From: an uncultured Gemmatimonadota bacterium
Lineage (GTDB): Bacteria > JAAXHH01
Reading direction: 5' to 3'
DNA: 64,000 nt
Assembly (NCBI GenBank): GCA_951812955.1
Contig: OX638340.1
Span: forward strand, 2,560,001 to 2,624,000
Under the pieces are notes generated by a model. It was not told the origin of the DNA. It ran no database searches and saw nothing but the letters and a program-made list of their open reading frames with translations. Positions 39,496 to 47,923 of this stretch are shown one piece after another (the first letter of the stretch is position 1; each line of letters opens with the position of its first letter). The translations under genes and the position numbers were made by a program.

Positions 39496-40143
39496 CTATC
39501 CGCCGCTGCAGGCGAATTCCAGTACGAGTTCCTCTTCGAGACGGTATTCGATGAGGTCCTTGATTGTGGCGATCTTCAGATGATGCTCTTCGGCGATTTC
39601 GATCAACCGGGGAAGACGGGCCATGGAGCCGTCCACATCCAGCACCTCGCACAGGACGCCCGCGGGGTAAAGGCCGGCCAGCCTCATCAGGTCGACCGTG
39701 GCCTCGGTGTGTCCGTCCCTTTCCAGCACGCCTCCGTCCCGTGCCTGCAACGGGAAGAGATGTCCCGGCCGTTCGAAGTCTTCCGGCGCCGTATCCGGGC
39801 TCACGAACAACTGGGCGCTGATCGCCCTGTCATGGGCGGAAATGCCGGATGTCACGCCGTTTACGGCATCTACGGACACCGTGAAGGGCGTGTCCGCGAT
39901 CGACGTCTTTCCGTTGACCATGATCGGAATATCCAGCTCTTCAAGCCGCTGCTTCGTGGTGGGCAGACAGATCAGTCCCCGTCCATGCCTCGCCATGAAG
40001 TTGATGATTTCGGGCGTGACTCTCTCGGCGGATACCATGAAGTCGCCCTCGTTCTCGCGGTTTTCGTCGTCGATGACGATCAGTACACGTCCCGCCCTGA
40101 CTTCTTCCACGGCTTCGGGAATGGTACAGAAATGGGATAACAT
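39496..40143 (-). CDS. ribB: 3,4-dihydroxy-2-butanone-4-phosphate synthase (stand-alone, no GTP cyclohydrolase II domain)
   Basis: 215 aa. VLIVIDDENRENEGDFMVSAE, GRGLICLP, ISAHDRA, GHLFPL, RDGGVLERDGHTEA. SD GGGGGGTAGGAG upstream. Confidence 0.9.
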   Translation of the reverse strand: MLSHFCTIPEAVEEVRAGRVLIVIDDENRENEGDFMVSAERVTPEIINFMARHGRGLICLPTTKQRLEELDIPIMVNGKTSIADTPFTVSVDAVNGVTSGISAHDRAISAQLFVSPDTAPEDFERPGHLFPLQARDGGVLERDGHTEATVDLMRLAGLYPAGVLCEVLDVDGSMARLPRLIEIAEEHHLKIATIKDLIEYRLEEELVLEFACSGG

Positions 40144-40350
40144 GCTCCTACCCCCCTTTTCTCGGGTTTAATAAAACATGAACGATACGGTCTCACAATC
40201 GGATTCGCAACCTGGTGGAAGATTAGACTTATGCTCATAGGGGGATTATATTCATTACTGGTATGGAATGCATGAGGTCCCAGTGAGTATTCTGTGAGCA
40301 ATGTGTGAATACTTCGATTTTCGCTACGAAATTCATCCACTGAGCCCCGA

Positions 40351-43104
40351 ATGACGCAACAGACCGCCGCCAAAGGCTTCCGATTCGACGACTTTGTGCT
40401 GGACGTCCAGAACCGCCAGGTTCGACGGAAAGATTCCGTGCTGCCCTTGAGTTCCAGGTATTTCGACGTATTGGTGCTGCTGGTATCCAATGCGGGGCAG
40501 TTGGTGGAGAAAAACCGCATCTTCGACGAAGTCTGGGAAGACGTGATCGTCAGCGATACGGCGCTGACCCAGTGTATCAAGTCGATCCGAAAACAGTTGA
40601 AGGACGACGCGTCGAACCCCAGATACGTCAAAACGGTGCCCAAACACGGATACGTCTTCATCGGCGACGCGGTGGAGATCCCCGAAGAACTTTCCGCGCC
40701 GTCCGTTCAAGGCAAGCCGCCCCGTCCGTACAAGTTCCTCGACTACTATACCGAAAACGACCAGGGCCTGTTCTTCGGCCGCGAGGAGGAGATCGAGAAC
40801 ATCTGCTCCCGCATCCTTGCCCGGCGCTCGTTTCTCCTCTACGGCCGTTCCGGTGTCGGTAAGAGTTCGATTCTACGAGCCGGCGTTATCCCCCGGTTGC
40901 ACGGCCAGGGACATAAAGCGTGTATCATCCGGAGTTTTACCGACCCGTTGCAGCACATGCAACGCATGGTCCGGCGGCTCGTCACCGGTAACGGCGAGGG
41001 CGACGTTGATCCGGACGGTGATGCTCTCGGGGACTTGCTTCACCGCCGATGGTCCGATTCATCGTCCCGGATCGTCGTCATGCTGGACCAGTTCGAAGAG
41101 TTTTTTCTCCTGCTCGATGACGGGGGCCGGCAGGCGTTTATCGATGAACTCGGTGCGATCATGGAGGACGACGAGCTGCCGTTGCAGTTCGTATTCGTGA
41201 TGCGTGAGGACATGCTGGCGGAGATGAGCCGACTCAAGCCGGTGGTACCGGAGATCTTCCACCATGAGTGCCGGCTCGGCCGACTGACGCCCGAACAGGC
41301 CGCCCGGGCCATAACGGGTCCTGCGTGGCGGGTAGGATGCCGGTTTGAAGACATGCTCGTCGACCGCCTGTTGGAGGATCTCTCCGACCAGGACTCTGTC
41401 GACCCGCCCCACCTGCAGATCGTGTGCGACACGCTGTACGATCAGCGCGATGAGAGAAACCTGATCACGGAATCGGCCTATGACCGTCTGGGCGGCGCTT
41501 CACAGATCCTGGCCGACTACCTCTCCCGGGTGCTCCGCCGGTTTTCAGCGGCCGACCTGTCCGTGGTGCAGCAGGTGCTTCTGGCGCTCATTTCCGCGGA
41601 CGAACGGCTCATCGTGGTGCGGGAGGCCGAATTGCTTTCGCGAATCCGGACCGGCGACCGGTACGACGACAATGCCCTAGAAAAACTGCTCGGCGAACTG
41701 GTTGACGCCCGTATCGTCAGGCGTCGAAACCAGGAAGGTGAAGGATGGCTTGAACTCGCCCACGAATGCTTGATTCCGGAGGTGTCCCGCTGGCTGACCA
41801 ATAGCGTTTACGAAGCAAAACAGGCCCGCAGCCTGCTCGAGCGGTCGGTGGAGAATTACCGTACCTACCAGCTCATCATGGACCGTGAAAGTCTGGATCT
41901 GCTTTCGCCCTACCTGGAAGAAATCGGGGTTTCCGGCCATGAAGCGTACCTGCTTTGCATCAGTCTGCTCAACAGGGACCGGCCGGTGCCGGGCTGGCTG
42001 GTTGAAAGGGTGCCGGACGCGCTGAACGTGATCCTGGATGCCACGTACAACGATCGCCAGGAAGTACGCCAGCGGGCGGTGGAGTCCTCCCGGCCCGTGC
42101 GCTGCGCGGCGCTGAACAACCGGCTGAGACACCTTGCGTTGCGGGATCACGAGCTGAAGGTACGCAGGGCGGCCAGCATCGAGCTGGCGGACTGGTTCGG
42201 CTCGGCCGTGGAATCGATTCTGACCCGTCCCACGGGCAACGAGTCCGTGAGCCGCCTGCAGCGCGCGGTCAGCCTGGCGTTTCTGAGGGAACAGAACCGT
42301 TCATTCAAACTTTCCCGGCTGTACCGCGTTATGGTGATGGTCGGTTTCATACTGATGCGCCTGCAACAGGGCGGGATCGACATCATGCAACAGGGGATCG
42401 GCGGAACATTCGGCGGCGCCGTGTCCGGCCTGCTTGGCGGGCTTCTCCTGGGAACCGCACTCGCCGCGGCCGGTTCCGGCCTGCCGTCGGAAGCCCTCTC
42501 ACCCATTTTCGTCCTGGCGGGCCTGGGCCTGTTCGGCGGCGTTTTCGGCGGCGCGGGCGTATCCTTCGGCATGGTCGCGCTGCGGCGCGTATCGAGGATT
42601 TACAGCCGATGGCTCGGCGTATTGGGCGGCGCGCTGGGCGGCGGCCTGGTAGGCGCCGCATTCAATCTCTTCAGTTCCGATACCCTGGAAACCCTGTTCG
42701 GCCGACATCCCGCGGGTCTTACCGGTGGCCTCGAAGGCGCCCTGATCGGGACGGGGGTAGCCCTTGGTCCGGTCGTCACGTATTACCTGGCCGGGCGGTC
42801 CGGGCAGTGGCGAAGCTTTCTCAACATCGTCTTCGGCGCACTGGGAGGCATGATCGCCAGTATCGTCCTGACCGTGATGGGAGGCAGCATGTTCACGGCC
42901 AGCCTGGAGACGCTGCGGCAGTCCTTCGATGCGTCGCAGATACGGCTCGAAACCATCGCGACGATCTTCGGAGAAGGCGAATTCGGCCGCACCACACAGG
43001 TCGCCCTGGGCGCCCTGGAGGGACTGCTCTTCGGTGGCGGCGTTTCGGCCGGCATCGAAACTTTCACCCGCTCGAGGGAGCGGGTCGAGAGACGGTACGA
43101 GTAA
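40351..43104 (+). CDS. multidomain protein: OmpR/PhoB-type winged-helix DNA-binding domain + STAND-like P-loop NTPase + HEAT-like repeats + C-terminal glycine-zipper polytopic membrane domain
   Basis: 917 aa. wHTH FRFDDFVLDVQNRQVRRKDSVLPLSSRYFDVLVLLVSNAGQLVEKNRIFDEVWEDVIVSDTALTQCIKSIRKQL...PRYVKTVPKHGYVFIG. Then PYKFLDYYTENDQGLFFGREEEIENICSRILARRSFLLYGRSGVGKSSILRAGVIPRL (Walker A) and RIVVMLDQFEEFF (Walker B-like). HEAT-like DRQEVRQRAVESS...LRDHELKVRRAASIELADW. The last ~280 aa hold 6-7 Gly-rich hydrophobic segments (GIGGTFGGAVSGLLGGLLLGTALAAAG, FVLAGLGLFGGVFGGAGVSFGMVAL, LGVLGGALGGGLVGAAF...). Confidence 0.7.
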   Translation: MTQQTAAKGFRFDDFVLDVQNRQVRRKDSVLPLSSRYFDVLVLLVSNAGQLVEKNRIFDEVWEDVIVSDTALTQCIKSIRKQLKDDASNPRYVKTVPKHGYVFIGDAVEIPEELSAPSVQGKPPRPYKFLDYYTENDQGLFFGREEEIENICSRILARRSFLLYGRSGVGKSSILRAGVIPRLHGQGHKACIIRSFTDPLQHMQRMVRRLVTGNGEGDVDPDGDALGDLLHRRWSDSSSRIVVMLDQFEEFFLLLDDGGRQAFIDELGAIMEDDELPLQFVFVMREDMLAEMSRLKPVVPEIFHHECRLGRLTPEQAARAITGPAWRVGCRFEDMLVDRLLEDLSDQDSVDPPHLQIVCDTLYDQRDERNLITESAYDRLGGASQILADYLSRVLRRFSAADLSVVQQVLLALISADERLIVVREAELLSRIRTGDRYDDNALEKLLGELVDARIVRRRNQEGEGWLELAHECLIPEVSRWLTNSVYEAKQARSLLERSVENYRTYQLIMDRESLDLLSPYLEEIGVSGHEAYLLCISLLNRDRPVPGWLVERVPDALNVILDATYNDRQEVRQRAVESSRPVRCAALNNRLRHLALRDHELKVRRAASIELADWFGSAVESILTRPTGNESVSRLQRAVSLAFLREQNRSFKLSRLYRVMVMVGFILMRLQQGGIDIMQQGIGGTFGGAVSGLLGGLLLGTALAAAGSGLPSEALSPIFVLAGLGLFGGVFGGAGVSFGMVALRRVSRIYSRWLGVLGGALGGGLVGAAFNLFSSDTLETLFGRHPAGLTGGLEGALIGTGVALGPVVTYYLAGRSGQWRSFLNIVFGALGGMIASIVLTVMGGSMFTASLETLRQSFDASQIRLETIATIFGEGEFGRTTQVALGALEGLLFGGGVSAGIETFTRSRERVERRYE

Positions 43105-43174
43105 AGCGGATCGGCGGATGGTGGGTAGGAGGATGGCACCGTAAGAGACAGCTTCGAGGATTGTGCATGGATTC

Positions 43175-43270
43175 GCACGTCGCGCCCGCGCGAGAACGAA
43201 TGGATAAACCGTGAGACCTGGATACGTGCGTCACGGCCACGCGAAAAGGAATGGATGAACCGTGGAGAAC
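43175..43270. repeat. ~51-nt tandem duplication covering the RBS/start region of thiL
   Basis: GAATGGATAAACCGTGAGA (43198-43216) versus GAATGGATGAACCGTGGAGA (43249-43268), with similar flanks CGCGCCCGCGCGAGAAC / CACGGCCACGCGAAAAG. The second copy contains the thiL GTG (43262); the first has GTG followed by TGA. Confidence 0.8.
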
Positions 43271-44305
43271 CGGAAGGAAGGCAAGGGCCTTCCCACCGAA
43301 TTCGAGTTGATCCGCCGAATCGGGCATGCGCTGCCCGAGACGGATCCGAGCGTCATTTTAGGGATCGGCGATGACGCCGCGGCCGTAGAACCCGGACCCG
43401 GTATGACGACCCTGCTGACGACCGATACCTTCGTGGAAGGCGTGGATTTCGACGTTGCCTTCTCGTCCTGGCGGCAGATCGGATGGAAATGCATGGCCGC
43501 CAACTACAGCGATATCGCGGCCATGGGCGGCGTTCCCCGGCACGCGCTGACGACGCTCTGCCTTCCCGCTCATCGCACTGCGGAAGACGTGGAGGCGCTG
43601 TACGCGGGCATTCGCGACTTGACGCAACACACAGGCCAATCGGTGTCCATCGTCGGAGGCGATCTGAGTTCCACGGACGGACCGACCGTCGTCTCCATCA
43701 TGGTAAGGGGAGAAGCGGCAGAGGAACGCATCACGGCGCGCCGCGGCGCCCGTGTGGGAGATGTTCTCTGCGTCACCGGACACCTGGGCGGAAGCGAGGC
43801 CGGTCTTCGCCTGCTCAAATCGGCGCGGGCGCATCCGGAACCGGGGAGACTGGCGGACCGTTTCGAAGGCGCGCTGCGCCGACACCGCACGCCCGTTCCG
43901 CGTGTCCGAGAAGGCGGCATACTGGCATGCAGCGGTTGGGTACACGCCATGATCGACGTAAGCGACGGGCTCAGTTCGGATGCCCTGCACCTGGCTCGTA
44001 GCAGCGGAGTTGGTTTGAAACTGGATGGGAACGCACTGCCAGTCGCGGATGAGACCAGGCAGGTTATGGAGGAGCTTGGGATCGATCCCGTAGAGACTGC
44101 GCTGGAAAGCGGAGAGGAATTCGAACTGCTGTGCGCCGTTGCGCCGGAGAAGGTGGATCGCCTGGCAGCCGAACTCGGGGAACGTACCGGAACGCCCCTG
44201 ACCCCCATTGGCGAATGCGTGTCCGTGGATCGCGGATGCACCTTTTCGGACCACACCGGACCCCGGCCCCTGCGTCCGGGAGGGTACGAACATTTCAGAG
44301 ACTGA
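43262..44305 (+). CDS. thiL: thiamine-monophosphate kinase
   Basis: 347 aa, GTG start. EFELIRRIG...ILGIGDDAAAVEP...TTDTFVEGVDF; NYSDIAAMGG; IVGGDLS; MIDVSDGL. Confidence 0.85.
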   Translation: MENRKEGKGLPTEFELIRRIGHALPETDPSVILGIGDDAAAVEPGPGMTTLLTTDTFVEGVDFDVAFSSWRQIGWKCMAANYSDIAAMGGVPRHALTTLCLPAHRTAEDVEALYAGIRDLTQHTGQSVSIVGGDLSSTDGPTVVSIMVRGEAAEERITARRGARVGDVLCVTGHLGGSEAGLRLLKSARAHPEPGRLADRFEGALRRHRTPVPRVREGGILACSGWVHAMIDVSDGLSSDALHLARSSGVGLKLDGNALPVADETRQVMEELGIDPVETALESGEEFELLCAVAPEKVDRLAAELGERTGTPLTPIGECVSVDRGCTFSDHTGPRPLRPGGYEHFRD

Positions 44306-44308
44306 CGG

Positions 44309-44614
44309 CTAGACTTCTATTTCTACGGCATCGCCGGTCACCCGGACCGGGAAGCAGGTGAGATTCTCGTAGGCCGGCGGCGAAAGCACGTCACCCGTAG
44401 TCACGTCAAAAGACGCGCCGTGGAAGGGACACCAGAGATCGGTGCCGTCCAGTTCCCCTTCGCTCAGGGGCGCGCCCATGTGGGGGCAGAAATTATCGGC
44501 GGCATAGTACTTCCCATCCACATTGCACAGGACGATCTCTTTCCCATCGATCGAGACCATTTTCATCTTGCCCGGACTCAATTCATCCAGGTCCGCCGCC
44601 TTGACGTATCCCAT
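44309..44614 (-). CDS. Rieske [2Fe-2S] ferredoxin-type protein
   Basis: 101 aa. CPHMGAPLSEG ... CPFHGASF Rieske cluster-binding boxes. Confidence 0.85.
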   Translation of the reverse strand: MGYVKAADLDELSPGKMKMVSIDGKEIVLCNVDGKYYAADNFCPHMGAPLSEGELDGTDLWCPFHGASFDVTTGDVLSPPAYENLTCFPVRVTGDAVEIEV

Positions 44615-44683
44615 GTAAGGATTCTCCTTTCTCGGAATTTCGATCTCCTGGTCCCGGGGTGCCGGACGGTCGCTACGGCCCTC

Positions 44684-44771
44684 GGTCAGCCTGGTATGAT
44701 GATCTGCCTGGAGTGATAATCGGCTTGGTTCATTGATTAGCCTGAAATCCTGGTCAGCCTGGTATGATGAT
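44684..44771. repeat. 68-nt-period duplication of the 3' end (last 5 codons plus stop) of the transglycosylase gene
   Basis: Identical 20-mers GGTCAGCCTGGTATGATGAT at 44684-44703 and 44752-44771. The second contains the TGA (TCA 44754-44756) and codes ...IIIPG. Sequences after each copy are recognisably related but diverged. Confidence 0.85.
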
Positions 44772-46496
44772 TCGTTGGCCGATCCTCAACCGGTTGGCCT
44801 GTACATCGGGGTTCGCCCGCATAAGGGCCGCTACGGTAACCTTGAAGACCCGCGCGATACGTGATAGCGTATCCCCCGAGCGGATGTCGTAGGTCACCGG
44901 ACTGCCGACCGTTCCCCTTCCGCCGATCCCGTTCCCAGTAAGGCGAAGCACCTGGCCGGGGCGGATGATGTCTCCCCGCAACCCGTTCGACTGCTTTAGC
45001 GCGGTAACGGATGTCCCGTAATACCGGGCGATGCGGGTCAGTGTGTCGCCGCGCCGCACGGTATGCGAAGTAGCGTTCTTCGGTGTACCGTACGAAGGCC
45101 CCTGGCCTACCCATGTCTGGTTATTGTAGCTGCGCCCGGGCACGCGGAGCATCTGGCCAATGCGGATCAGGCTGCCCCGTATCCGGTTCATGCTCCGGAT
45201 TCTGCTGACCGACGTCCGGAATCTGCGGGCGATATGGCCGAGGGTATCGCCTCGCCGCACGCGGTACCTGCTTACCTCGGGAGGGGGTCTGAAATTCGAC
45301 TCCGGCAGCTCGTCGAGACTGCCGAGCAGGGTCGAGCCTGCGCCGAGGGGCACGCGCAGCGCGTAACCGGTGGGCGGCGTCACGCCGTAACGAATGTCGG
45401 TATTCAGGGCCTTGAGATCGTCCTGCGGCATGTCCAGCATTTCGGCGACGTGCTGCAGCGTGACCGACTTGTCGAGAAGCACCTCTTCGAAGAGGTGGGG
45501 ATGATGGGTCTCCGGCCATTCGACGCCGTATTTCTCGGCGTTCTCGATGATATGCACCACCGCGAGGAATTTGGGTATGTAGTTCCGGGTCTCCCTGGGC
45601 AGCCGCATTTTCCAGTAGTCCCGGTTCCCCGTCCGGTTGATCTCGCGGAGTACGCGATACTCGCCGCAGTTGTATGCCGCGAGGGCGAGAAACCAGTCGT
45701 CGAACATGCCGTACAGGTCCTCCAGGTAGGCGAGTGCGGCCGGTGTGGCCTTGTGGGGGTCAAAGCGGTCGTCTACCCAACCGGATCGGCGGAGTCCGTA
45801 CCGCTTGCCGGTATCGAAGATGAATTGCCACATGCCCGCCGCGGCCGCCCATGAGTACGCCCTGGGCTTGAAGCCGCTTTCGACGATCGGAAGCCACTGA
45901 AGCTCTCCAGGCATTCCGCGGGCGGCGAGCTCCTCACGGATCATGGGTGTGTATCGCCCGGACCGCTGGTACGCGGCCTTGAGTATGTCCAGGCTCCTGC
46001 CCTTGAGAAACTGATTGATTTGCAGGGTGACGCGGCGGTTGAGTTCTCTGGGAATCGAACCCCTGACTTCGGCGGCCGCGCGGTGTCTGTCCTGGATGCG
46101 GTCCACCAGCAGGCCGAGTTGCCTGAGCAGGTCGGCCTGCGCGGGAGTCGCGGCGTGTTTCTGGTCGTCGCTCAGGAGGATGAGCAGCCCGAGCACTTCG
46201 TCGACCGCGTCGCGCGCGGACGTGGTATCGGAACGCTCCAGCGCCGCGAGCGCCGCGTCATAGCGCAGCCTGGCATCGGCGAGAAGACGATCCGGATCCT
46301 GTGTCACCAGGGAGTCGGCCAGGGTGACGTGATCGAGGGTAAGATCCTGACCCGGCATTTGCTCCACCGCGACGGCCGTTCCGGTGGTGTCCGCCGTCTC
46401 GGGAGAGGCCGTGGCGCGCGAGCCCGGTTCAAGGGACCGGTGTCCGGCGCAGCCGGCGAGGATAACAAGGCCTATGAGCGGGAGGTATCTTATCAT
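44754..46496 (-). CDS. lytic murein transglycosylase (MltD-like) with three C-terminal LysM domains
   Basis: 580 aa. Lipoprotein-like N-terminus LIGLVILAGCAG. SLT core ELQWLPIVESGFKPRAYSWAAAAGMWQF. LysM repeats YRVRRGDTLGHIARRF, HTVRRGDTLTRIARYY, YDIRSGDTLSRIARVF. Confidence 0.85.
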   Translation of the reverse strand: MIRYLPLIGLVILAGCAGHRSLEPGSRATASPETADTTGTAVAVEQMPGQDLTLDHVTLADSLVTQDPDRLLADARLRYDAALAALERSDTTSARDAVDEVLGLLILLSDDQKHAATPAQADLLRQLGLLVDRIQDRHRAAAEVRGSIPRELNRRVTLQINQFLKGRSLDILKAAYQRSGRYTPMIREELAARGMPGELQWLPIVESGFKPRAYSWAAAAGMWQFIFDTGKRYGLRRSGWVDDRFDPHKATPAALAYLEDLYGMFDDWFLALAAYNCGEYRVLREINRTGNRDYWKMRLPRETRNYIPKFLAVVHIIENAEKYGVEWPETHHPHLFEEVLLDKSVTLQHVAEMLDMPQDDLKALNTDIRYGVTPPTGYALRVPLGAGSTLLGSLDELPESNFRPPPEVSRYRVRRGDTLGHIARRFRTSVSRIRSMNRIRGSLIRIGQMLRVPGRSYNNQTWVGQGPSYGTPKNATSHTVRRGDTLTRIARYYGTSVTALKQSNGLRGDIIRPGQVLRLTGNGIGGRGTVGSPVTYDIRSGDTLSRIARVFKVTVAALMRANPDVQANRLRIGQRIIIPG

Positions 46497-46634
46497 AATC
46501 TGCGTTTAGCGAATCAGAAACCGATTCGGCTTCCGAACGTCGATCCATCGATCGGCACCGGTCACCGCAGCCGTCTGAAATATATCCTTAACCGTCGAGT
46601 AGGCAAGGGTTTTTAAAAAACCTCAGCCTGGTTC

Positions 46635-46691
46635 GTCGGCCATTCGTCGGGCAGTCGGCCATTCGTTAGGCAGTCGGCCATTGGTCGGGCA
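46635..46691. repeat. 19-nt tandem repeat x3 (GTCGGCCATTCGTCGGGCA / ...GTTAGGCA / ...TTGGTCGGGCA) downstream of queG
   Basis: Copies at 46635-46653, 46654-46672 and 46673-46691. A related sequence GAGTCAGCCATTCGTCA (about 46724-46740) forms the queG stop region. Confidence 0.9.
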
Positions 46692-46737
46692 AAGGTTCGG
46701 GCGCGGCACCGGCAGGTACGTATGAGTCAGCCATTCG

Positions 46738-47901
46738 TCACGACGCTTCGCATTCCGTGAGCGCCTGGTCTATTTCCTTGATTACCCACTGATCTACTTC
46801 GGATTTCTTCGCCTGCTCCAGTACCGCGAGCGCCCGGCCGCCGCCGACGTTCCCCAGCGCCCAGGCCGCATGCCCCCGGACCAGCGGCTCGTCGTCGACA
46901 AGCGAATCGGCGAGCGCGGGTATCGCCTCGGGGTCCTTCGTGTTGCCCAGGGCAACCGCGGCGTTCCGCAGCAGGCCCCGCCGCTTGGTCCGTTTTACGG
47001 GACTGCCCCGGAATCGCGTCCTGAATTCCTCCGGCGTCAACCCCAGCATTTCGATCAGGCCCGGCGCTTCGTTCCACGGACGGGAAACGAACGCCGAATG
47101 GCCGGTTTCCGGTGCGCGGCGGTTCCAGGGACAGACATCCTGGCAGTCGTCGCACCCGAACACGCGGTCTCCCATCGCCGCGCGGTACTCCAGGGGGATG
47201 GCGCCTTTCAGTTCGATGGTGTGGTAGGAAATGCAGCGACGCGAATCGATCACGTAGGGCTCGACGATGGCTTCCGTGGGACAGGCCTCGATGCACCTCG
47301 TGCACGTGCCGCAGTGGTCGGCGGCAGGCCGGTCCCCGTCCAGGTCGATGTCCAGGAGAATCTCCCCGATCAACAGCCACGAACCCACGCGCTTGTGTAT
47401 GAGATTGGTGTGCTTCCCGAACCACCCCAGGCCGGCGCGGACGGCGAACTCACGTTCCAGCACGGGCCCCGTGTCCACGTACACCCTGCCCTCCACGGGA
47501 CGTCCGGCCCTTTCCCGGATGAATCCGAGCAGTTCCTGCAGCTTCTCCTTCATTACGTCATGATAGTCGTCGCCCCGGGCGTACCGGGCGATCTTTCCGC
47601 GGTACGTGTCTCCAGGCGTTCCTCGTTGCGTGTCTCCAGGCACGCCGCTGGGGACGGGGTCCGGGTCCGGACACCGGTAGTTCATCGCGACTACGACGAG
47701 GGACCGCGCGTTCGGCAGGATCTGTCCCGGGTCCTGCCGTTTCTCGATCTGCCGGCCCAGGTAGGCCATCTCGCCGGCCATGCCCTGCTCGATCCATTTG
47801 GCGTAATATTCACCGTGACGAGGTGGCTCGGCAGTGGTTACGCCGGATAGATCGAAACCGAGATACGCGGCGTGCGCCTTGATTTCTTCGGTAAGAGACA
47901 C
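46738..47901 (-). CDS. queG: epoxyqueuosine reductase
   Basis: 387 aa. 4Fe-4S motifs CGTCTRCIEACPTEA and CDDCQDVCPWN. C-terminal HEAT-like AAVALGN...DDEPLVRGHAAWALG. Confidence 0.9.
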   Translation of the reverse strand: MSLTEEIKAHAAYLGFDLSGVTTAEPPRHGEYYAKWIEQGMAGEMAYLGRQIEKRQDPGQILPNARSLVVVAMNYRCPDPDPVPSGVPGDTQRGTPGDTYRGKIARYARGDDYHDVMKEKLQELLGFIRERAGRPVEGRVYVDTGPVLEREFAVRAGLGWFGKHTNLIHKRVGSWLLIGEILLDIDLDGDRPAADHCGTCTRCIEACPTEAIVEPYVIDSRRCISYHTIELKGAIPLEYRAAMGDRVFGCDDCQDVCPWNRRAPETGHSAFVSRPWNEAPGLIEMLGLTPEEFRTRFRGSPVKRTKRRGLLRNAAVALGNTKDPEAIPALADSLVDDEPLVRGHAAWALGNVGGGRALAVLEQAKKSEVDQWVIKEIDQALTECEAS

Positions 47902-47923
47902 GGGTATCCACTACGCGGCGAAG

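Noticed and set aside
40144-40350. Possible FMN riboswitch in the ribB 5' leader (minus-strand TCGGGGCTCAGTGGATGAATTTCG vaguely like UCGGGGCAGGGUGAAAUUCCCG).
   Set aside because: The conserved 3' half (CCGACAGU...AGUCUGGAUGGGAGA) is not present, and the similarity is limited to a few bases overlapping the neighbouring gene's start. It should still be checked with Rfam RF00050.
43175-43261. Possible TPP riboswitch upstream of thiL (GTGAGACCTGGATAC...GCGAAAAGGAA resembles CUGAGA...CUGGAUAAUGCC...GCGUAGGGAA).
   Set aside because: The P2 'GGGGUGC' element and proper P4/P5 pairing are missing. The similarity falls inside a simple 51-nt tandem duplication. thiL is also not a typical THI-box-regulated gene.
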